Shown here: positions 21,736-30,600 of the stretch, piece after piece | How the letters are laid out: the number at the start of each line of letters is the position of its first letter | Numbering within the stretch: the stretch's first letter is position 1 | NCBI GenBank assembly: GCA_002269645.1 | Contig: NIVC01003783.1 | Coordinates: 46,363-84,138, forward strand | Direction: 5' to 3' | Origin: Macrostomum lignano | Lineage: Eukaryota | DNA length: 37,776 nt | The notes under the pieces: model-generated | Seen by the model: only the letters and a program-made list of their open reading frames with translations | The model's database searches: none | Told to the model about the DNA's origin: nothing | Translations under genes and position numbers: made by a program

Positions 21736-24434
21736 TTTGGAATAGCAAAATTTCGAAATCAATTTTCACAAAGTAGAAAAAAATTGCTACTTTTTCAATT
21801 GGCAAACATCTGCATCATGCATCTTTAACCGAGTATATTTTCAATCACTATTTCTCATTTCCCATACTCCAAAAAGAATTAAATGAAAGCTACTATTGTC
21901 AACCGAAAAACAGTTTGTTACTCCATTCACCAATCTAATTCGATAAATCAAATACTGGCGATCCGCTGAATGAAGCGTGATGAGTCACAGCCTTCTTCCG
22001 ATGCTTTGATTGGGATGCTTTCCGTTTTCAAATTTTGAGAAACCAGCCAGCTGATAAGTGCGAGCTATTTTTGCCGAGACATTTGATGATTTGGTAGACC
22101 CGCTAACTCCAGCAGCTTAACCTGCTCGTCGCTAAAAACATAAAAAACACTTTATTTAGCGTTACTTTGGCCACCGAATGAATTTTTTTTCCAAAACGTA
22201 GGACGTGGACAAGAAATATATTCCAACTATCTGAAAGAATACTAGGTGTATTATAATTTGCGCAACCCATTACTTTGCGGGTTATTAGCTCGTACACTGA
22301 TATTCATGACATGTACGCTTGTACGGTACTTTTAACGACAGTCTATTATCGATTTATTTTTAGACTGCATCTCATCTGCCCCTCCCAAGCAGTGACCTTA
22401 CATGTACCTGCAGTAATAGGGATACATGGATAATCGTTGCCCGGATTTGTCTGCCGTTACCAACACAGGACTTTACCTCCAGCTGGTGTCACAAATGCTT
22501 TACCGAAGTCGGTATGATATTGAAAATCTCCTCTCATCCTTTGACCCTACGTATTTTCGGTTCTCTCTCAGTACATACAGTATACATACAAGGGTACTAT
22601 CCTACATATTAAATAATTTTTCCTCAAATTGTTTTCATCAAACATTTGATGCGAATAGTTTAATATTAAAAAAATAAGAAGACTAAAATTATGACTAACA
22701 TGATAAGATCGAACTATTGAAGTTATCGAAACAGGCTAATTTTCATTTTGTTTTATTCTTTCAAAAATTAAATTGTTTTTGTTTTACTTAAAGTAGTGTG
22801 CTTTAAAAATGAATATTTAGAATAGCTCTTGATTTTATGCGCAAATTGTCTGCATGCGGGTTGGGCTTGTCTTGGGGCAAATATCAAGGACAACTAAAGC
22901 AGATATGTATGTTACTTAAGTAGTCCTTGGCAAATCTACTGTTAATTGTTCGGAAAAAGGAAAGGTTATTGATTCACAGATATAGTTAGCTTAGCAACAT
23001 AAGTACCACATAGTACTGCTAAATAATATATTCTGTACTGTTGCTTACTTTAATAAATTTCTTTGGTGCACAAAACTGCACAGAATATTTACCGTAAACT
23101 CGCAACACGGGTTCGTGCTGCCTTACTTTCCTCTGAAACAAAAATTCCGCGATCCGCAAAATCAAAAATTCCACTTGAAAGAAGGGCATGCCAGCATGCA
23201 ACCAGAAGTAGAAAGTGACAATAGCTTAAATAGCTTACTTTTTAGGCGCGGCTGGCTTCCATATCCACAGTATTGTCTAAGAATGGGCCAAAACTTGGAT
23301 AGCTTTAGCAACGCAGATACGACATTTCATACGACGGCAAGGCTAACAGGATGCATCGCAACACGGTCAAAATTGCAATGAGTGTACAACAGGCAAACGA
23401 AACGTCAGTCATATTATCCTGTGCGTGTAGTTTCTCACGTTTTGTTTTTATGTCCCCAGCTGTTTGACCTTTTCTACAGTCTGTTCGTTCGCGACATCGA
23501 TTAATTTAAAAACAAAAATAGACAGAAAAATATTTGAAAAATGACCAATCCTTGCATATCCTTAGTCGGTAAATTGAATTCATCCCGTGAGTGCGCGCTC
23601 TCCTGTGCAGCAGCTGGGGCTGCTAGCTGTGGCATCGAAGACTGCTGTCATGATCCTTTAACTTTAACTTTAACAGCAGCTGCGCCCGTGACATTTTACT
23701 TCGATGCAGGTCGCCAAGATCCTTTATACTCCCCTTCCTTGCTTAATCTTGTCCATATAGAATGTAGCCAACAATTTTCTACCGGAGAGTGAGTGTTGTG
23801 GACTTTCATTATCTTGTGCAGCAGGAAAAGTCGCGCAAGGCTGAAGCATCCACTTTGCTGAACTCGTAGATCAAGATTGACTCCGCGCGGCCGTCTGCCG
23901 TCCTTGCAGCGCATTTGCATTTGATTTCCCGGACTTGCCATGCCACGCTGAACCCGACACCCGCTGCTGGCCCACGAACAAATATGCTAATTTCGTGGGA
24001 GAGTCAATATATATTCTGCATCTCTCTCGTTTCGATTCTCTCAAATTTATTTCCGGGCTTCAGAAACTTTTGCCTTTCTTCCACTATCAATCACAGATTT
24101 GCCAACAACATCAAAAAGTTTTTAATCATTTTTCTGACTAAAACTAAAGCAGAAACCATTCGCTTTGTCGCAAAACCTTGATATCGAACTTATAATTTAG
24201 CGGTGAAAATGTCCGTGGAATAATTGTGTTAAAATTCACTACTAGTTTGAAATTGACTACAAAACAAGTTGTTTTGAAATTACAGAAAATTTAACAAAGA
24301 ATAGAAGAGAACTATCTGCAATATTAGTGAACTCGAGATACAATCAAACGAGTCTATGTCCATACGAGCTGAAGAGTCTTATCTTTAGACAGCCAATTAT
24401 TGTCCTTTCAAAGCCATTTGTCTTCTTCAAGAAT

Positions 24435-25775
24435 CTACAATTTCAAAGGCAGCAGGCTCAGAAAAAGCGTCAGGGCCAGCGAAGTCAGCAGCTGAGGCGC
24501 CTGAACGCAGAGTTGAGCTGCCCCGCTGACCTGACAGAGCTCCCGGTTGCCATCATGGCAGGTCAACTGGTGAATGGCGATGCCAAGTGGCCAACTGGCT
24601 GAGTAGCCCCTGATGCTGTCCGTGATTAAGAGCGTTTGGTTATCCGCGAACCTGTAGCCTTCGGTAAGCAGAGTTGCCACGTAGACACTGTTCATGCAGA
24701 GGTACGGCTCGTACTGACCAGTGACTGGTGGATTGACGCACACTGCCCGAGCTGCTTGGGCTAGTTCGCCGACTTTGACGTTCCCTGGAACCGAGCTGGA
24801 CAAGAAGCCTGTTCTATTTAACATAAAGGCAGTGTAGTAGAAGGAGCTGATGGCCACAAAGTTGCCCACTCTGACCCCGGGCGGTTGGTGCACGGGCACG
24901 ATACGCAGCGGGATGCGAGCGATCTCAGAGCACAGACGGTGCCGATCGGAGCCGGCGACGCCAGCTTCGCCTCCCACGTTGATTGAAACTGTGCCAAAGC
25001 TGAAGGTGGACCGGTAGGCCGGGTTAAGGCATGGCGAGGTGTACAGGTCCTTATTTGGTTCGCTACTGTTGTGGCCGAACATGTATAGAGCGGCCTGTGA
25101 CATACCCAAGCCGAGGTAGCTGTGCTGGTGTAGGACGTAAGACTTTCCGCGAACGGTTTTGAACACCTTGCGATATTTGTCGTTCGCGTTGTCAGTTTTG
25201 GGCACAAAGGTGATCTGTGTAGAGCCGCCGCCGAGGTCCAGCATGCCGAAAGTTTCACTGCCGGGCTTATCGAAGGAATCCATGAGGAAGTTGACGGCTA
25301 CCCAACCAAATTCTGCCTCTTCCTGGCCGCTGATGACGCGCACAGCACGCTTATCACTGCTGGGCACCAGGAAGCTGGACCGACGGAGAATCTCGGCAAC
25401 AGCGCGGACGACACGGTCTCGCTGTTCAGGCGTCAGCAGGCGCAGGCCAGCCGTGGCGCGCACGATGACGCTGGTTTCGGCGTGGTACTTAGTGGGAACT
25501 TTCTCAGTAGCAAATTCCATCAACGGCTTGAGGTTCTCACGAAGTCGGGGAAGTGCATTAGGAAAGGCCGATAGGCCGGGATTGACTTTCTCCTCCTCGA
25601 GGCTCTCGATGCGCAGACCAGTGGAGTGGCTGAAGTCGGTGCGGAATGAAAACACATTGATGCGGGTCCCCGTGCTGCCGGCGTCAAGCACCAGAATGTA
25701 CTTCTTATTGGACGAAACAAGAGGCGCTGCTGTCGGCAGCAGGAGCAGCATCGGCAGGATCTTCGGCAGCAGCAT
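24435..25775 (-). CDS. GDA1/CD39-family nucleoside phosphatase (ENTPD5/6-like apyrase), single exon, 446 aa
   Basis: All five apyrase conserved regions: LDAGSTGTR, ATAGLRLL, GQEEAEFGWVAVN, LDLGGGSTQI, SWPLG. It has an N-terminal signal peptide (MLLPKILPMLLLLPTAAP) and a hydrophobic C-terminus. The listed 25814 start is TTG; the first ATG is at 25775, 5 nt after acceptor tttctctacacAG. Confidence 0.95.
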   Translation of the reverse strand: MLLPKILPMLLLLPTAAPLVSSNKKYILVLDAGSTGTRINVFSFRTDFSHSTGLRIESLEEEKVNPGLSAFPNALPRLRENLKPLMEFATEKVPTKYHAETSVIVRATAGLRLLTPEQRDRVVRAVAEILRRSSFLVPSSDKRAVRVISGQEEAEFGWVAVNFLMDSFDKPGSETFGMLDLGGGSTQITFVPKTDNANDKYRKVFKTVRGKSYVLHQHSYLGLGMSQAALYMFGHNSSEPNKDLYTSPCLNPAYRSTFSFGTVSINVGGEAGVAGSDRHRLCSEIARIPLRIVPVHQPPGVRVGNFVAISSFYYTAFMLNRTGFLSSSVPGNVKVGELAQAARAVCVNPPVTGQYEPYLCMNSVYVATLLTEGYRFADNQTLLITDSIRGYSASWPLGIAIHQLTCHDGNRELCQVSGAAQLCVQAPQLLTSLALTLFLSLLPLKL

Positions 25776-27317
25776 CTTTGCTGTGTAGAGAAAGTTTCTT
25801 TCGAAAACGTCCAATGCAGTTGAATTTAGCTAAGCGTTCGGTACAACATATGAACGCATTCATTGGCCAGGCAATTCCCTGCCACTGCGCCTCTCTGTGA
25901 ATGGACCAAAGTCATTGCAAATTTCCTTGTGACATTTTCAACACTACGGTTCACATCACGGGCGTTTCTGCCTGGTTGCGCGCTGGATAAATAATGATAG
26001 TAAGCAGCAACATAAAGCTAAATTGTGCCTGCAGCGGTTGGTAGCTCAGCGATGGGAACTCGACCGAATATCTCGACCTCGGGGTCATAAATTCATAAAT
26101 TAGCTGGTTAGAGGAGAGTTCCCAGTGCAGTGACAGCTATTAGAGTGGCTGATCTACGAAAGTGAGGAGCTAGATACTGCATGAGAATTGCACTTGGTCG
26201 TCAAATTGGATATCCGAATTAGAATAATCGAGTTTTAGAGCAAATGTCACATTTTAAATTGTGCAATTTCCTGTCCAAATTTGTTATTCCGCTTTTTTTG
26301 ATAACCGACACTGCTGGTATGAACGCTTGCCAAGTCATGCTTTGACGGGTCCACGAACTCTGTGAATAGACAACTGCAAACTGCAGCAAATTTGAATGCA
26401 ACACACATACACACTTACACGAAAGACTTGGAAAGCCTGTTTATGGCATGAACCTCTTTATGTTTATCCATGCGCTAGCCAGCCTCGCCTCTCGAGCCAT
26501 AGGACTCCAACAACGAATAAAATCGGGCCGTTGTAAACACAGGCCATGGCTGCATCTGTAATACGCTATTTCCTCAGGTATGAAGCTCAAGGCACTGTCT
26601 AAGCCCATAAAACCTGGCTGCTACACTACCAAATCGGCTTATCAAAGTAAGCCGTGGAAATAAAGTAAAATTACAGCAATCACTCCATCCTAGATTGACT
26701 TTCGCGATCGATTCAACTTCGCTACCTAATTTGTAATTTCATAACATGTTCACCTCATCAAACGAAAAACGAGCGCACCTATGCCCCAATAATATAAGTT
26801 TCAATTTTTCTGACTGAATCACAAAAGGTTGAACGTTCGGAACGTTCGGCATGGGTTCTAATAAGAATCGATTGGAAGCTGTCAATCACCACGCTGTGGA
26901 CTTCTACAGTCAGCAATTCTATAGGTCCTTAAGCAAGATAAACTGCACTTTAGAGGTCGTTGGGGCTCATACCCTCGATGGCCATCTTGGCAGAAAGGCG
27001 GAAAACCGGAGTTATTTGAGTGCAATAAAGTCTTTTTTCAATACGCACCAGTTTCCTGCTTTTAGAAGAAGTTGACGCCACTGTCAAAGAAAAACGATCT
27101 GACCCGTACACAAAATGATCAGCACTCATTCGATGGCAAGATTGTGTGAAAAAAGACTGGTCAAGTTAATTGAGACATGATTCGAAAGTTTGCTGTCTTT
27201 TTTGCTTATTTAGTAATAAAAAATTGCAAAAGCAGTTCAGTAAATTTAATATATTATTTGATTCAATTCGATTTTAAGATGATGGATTAGAGTTGTCGCT
27301 CGTTTTATATTCAATTT

Positions 27318-27615
27318 TTACACTTGCACAGAAGTTATTGCTGAAGGCGGCTCCTTGCCGCTTCTTTCCAGTGGAACTGCGTCACTGTCCACCGAATCTC
27401 CTCTGTCGTGACGCTCCGTAGTCTCCGAGGTCTCAATCCGCTGCGCAGGATCTGAGTGTACATCTCCGTCTCTACTATTGTTGGATGTTACTCCGCCTTC
27501 CTCCACGAAGACGGTTGACTCGGCTTTCTCGGCGTCCGACTGTGGAATCCTTGCGTCCATTGCGGCCGCGCAGGTGCAGTGGCTCCACGTGTTGCAGCCG
27601 GTTCGGAGACGATCG
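27318..27615 (-). CDS. SLC1 exon 9 (TM8 and acidic C-tail, stop)
   Basis: ttttatttcAG|DRLRTGCNTWSHCTCAAAMDARIPQSDAEK...SAITSVQV*. Confidence 0.9.
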
Positions 27616-30600
27616 CTGAAATAAAATGTTTAATACAAGCAGCGTTCGCAGGCTCCAAATTGAATTGGGCAAGACGGTGGTCAAGCAACAAGAAGGCAAT
27701 TAGGAATGTCGCGCACACGCACAAGGTTGACTTTGACTTTCTCGTCGTCCGGCTTGTACTCACTGTGCCTTTGGGGTCGGCCCTCTTAGGAGGGATTGCA
27801 CAACATACAGTGATGCTTATACTGCAGCTCACTGTGTGTGCCTTTGGGGTTGGCCCTCTTAGGAGGGATTGCACAACATACAGTGATGCTTATACTGCAG
27901 CTCACTGTGTGTGCCTTTGGGGTTGGCCCTCTTAGGAGGGATTGCACAACATACAGTGATGCTTATACTGCAGCTCACTGTGTGTGCCTTTGGGGTTGGC
28001 CCTCTTAGGAGGGATTGCACAACATACAGTGATGCTTATACTGCAGCTCACTGTGTGTGCCTTTGGGGTTGGCCCTCTTAGGAGGGATTGCACAACATAC
28101 AGTGATGCTTATACTGCAGCTCACTGTGTGTGCCTTTGGGGTTGGCCCTCTTAGGAGGGATTGCACAACATACAGTGATGCTTATACTGCAGCTCACTGT
28201 GTGTGCCTTTGGGGTCGGCCTTCTTAGGAGGGATTGCACAACATACAGTAATCTTATACTGCAGTCGAGCTACAGGTCAATCTAAACCGTACTAAGCCTA
28301 CCTAAGCCTCGCATGCAGTTTATTTACTTTCCTTTGACTAAAAGCTTACAGAATGAACTCGCCGGTATAAAGCAGCGACACTCCAGCGTCCGGAATGCCC
28401 AGATTGGACAGGATGCCGATAATTACGATGATGCTGGAGCTCGGCACCGAAGGTAGGGACAAGCCGGACACGCCCGCAAGGAATCTGGAAAATTTTAGGA
28501 CGCTGAAACGACTATGACGATACAGTAGTGCGTAATTTGCAACTCATATATACGAGGATTTATTGCTGAGGATATGCACCAACTTACTGCAAGTAGGAAC
28601 GCAAGGATATGAGAAAATTACAGATTGGCTTTGAGGCAGCGTAAACCTGCAATGCTGCTTTTGGGCCTTACAAGTATATAGAAATATTTGCAGGAGGGCT
28701 CTGGGTACCTTGTCGCAATTCCTTCCGGTGACATTCCGGAGACAATTCTGCATATTTCAACTCACTCCTGGGCACATGCAAGCGCGCCAACACTGTACGT
28801 AAGCACGCACTCATACGCATGCTCACACAGGGTGTGCAGACGCCCTGACTTTCTAATCGTCAGGCATGTACACTCTGTTTGGGGGGGGGTACGCCAGTTT
28901 TTGTACACAAGACCCGAATCAAACCAGGGGTTGTGGCGAGTCAGCTACTCCGCTTTACAGGTGAAGGGCTTCGAATCAACAAAATTAATTCTTAAGTAAC
29001 TTTCTTACACAATTAATATGTAGTTTCCAAAGCTAAGTGGCGTGCCAGTCAGCTGAGCCAAGAATGTCACTGAGGCGGCTATGTAGGCGCACGACCCGTC
29101 CGAGTTGGTGTTGCAGCACAGCGGCAGGATGAACCGGGAGATGCGAGGGCGGAGACCCGCGTTGTCGGCGCATTCAAGCATCACTGGCAGGGCTGAGACG
29201 CTGAATAAAGTGCGAGAGGTGCTAAGCAGGAGTGAGGGAGGTGTTGCAGGAGTGAGGGAGGTATTGCAGGAGTGAGGGAGGTGTTGCAGGAGTGAGGGAG
29301 GTGTTGCAGGAGTGAGGGAGGTGTTGAGGGAGTGAGGGAGGTGTTGCAGGAGTGAGGGAGGTATTGCAGGAGTGAGGGAGGTGTTGCAGGAGTGAGGGAG
29401 GTGTTGCAGGAGTGAGGGAGGTGTTGCAGGAGTGAGGGAGGTGTTGCAGGAGTGAGGGAGCTTTTGCTGGATGCAGGTGTAAAAGAGGTGTTGCAGGTGT
29501 AAAAGAGGCGTTGCAGGTGTAAAAGAGGCGTTGCAGGTGTAAAAGAGGTGTTGCAGGTGTAAAAGAGGCGTTGCAGGTGTAAAAGAGGCGTTGCAGGTGT
29601 AAAAGAGGCGTTGCAGGTGTAAAAGAGGTGTTGCAGGTGTAAAAGAGGTGTTGCAGGTGTAAAAGAGGTGTTGCAGGTGTAAAAGAGGTGTTGCAGGTGT
29701 AAAAGAGGTGTTGCAGGTGTAAAAGAGGTGTTGCAGGTGTAAAAGAGGTGTTGCAGGTGTAAAAGAGGTGTTGCAGGTGTAAAAGAGGTGTTGCAGGTGT
29801 AAAAGAGGTGTTGCAGGTGTAAAAGAGGTGTTGCAGGTGTAAAAGAGGTGTTGCAGGAGTGAGGGAGGGGTTGAGCTGGAGTTGGAAGCTTTTAGTTTCA
29901 GGCCAAAGTTTTACGTGGCTTAGAAAGCAAAGCAATGATATATTTTTTTCAAGTACTTCTACAATACTTTTTTTAAGAACAGGTTAACACTAGCAATCCA
30001 GCCCGTTTGGGGAGCGCAAAAATGAAAATGAAAATATGGCTGAAAATAACAGAGAATGGACCCATGCTTCCAGTAAGCCTTGACATCCCAGCAATTCCCC
30101 ATGAGCCTTGACATCCCAGCAATTCCCCATAAGCCTTGACATCCCAGCAATTCCCCATAAGCCTTGACATCCCAGCAATTCCCGAATAAGTCTTGACATC
30201 CCAGTAATTCCACGTAAGCCTCGACGTCTCAGCAATTCCTCTAATAAGCCATGAAATCTTAGAAATTTTCCCACCAAGCCTTGGAGTCTGAGCAATTTCC
30301 CATAAGCCTTGACATCCCAGCAACTCCTCCCATTAGCCTCGACGTCTCAGCAATTCCCCCAGCTGTTAGCCTCATCCCAGCAATTCCCCCAGTAAGCCTT
30401 GACATCCCAGCAATTCCCCATAAGCCTTGACAATGACATCTTAGCAGTGAAATGTGTAAGCGTTGACATTTCAACAACCCCCATAAGCCTTGAAATCTCA
30501 GCAATTTCCCATAAGCCTTGACATCTTGGTATAAAAGAGGTGTTGCAGGTGTAAAAGAGGTGTTGCAGGTGTAAAAGAGGTGTTGCAGGCGTAAAAGAGG

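Noticed and set aside
23541-24000. Cys-rich short ORFs (ECALSCAAAGAASCGIEDCC; DLPCHAEPDTRCWPTNKY)
   Set aside because: They cannot be assembled into a spliced gene model or assigned to a domain from sequence alone.
27759-28264. 73-bp unit as a tRNA array or CRISPR array
   Set aside because: No acceptor stem, TTCGA T-loop or A/B boxes. The units are contiguous with no unique spacers, and the context is eukaryotic with no cas genes.
29201-29221. Alternative in-frame acceptor (ctgcttAG) 21 nt upstream of SLC1 exon 7
   Set aside because: It would insert 7 residues (STSRTLF) into the HP1 tip. The downstream acceptor gives the family-typical spacing. It cannot be excluded without RNA-seq.
29222-29935. 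237-aa ORF (TPATPLLHLQHLFYTCNTSF repeats) and overlapping ORFs at 29959-30726
   Set aside because: These are translations of minisatellites inside SLC1 intron 6. The flanking exons splice in phase without them.
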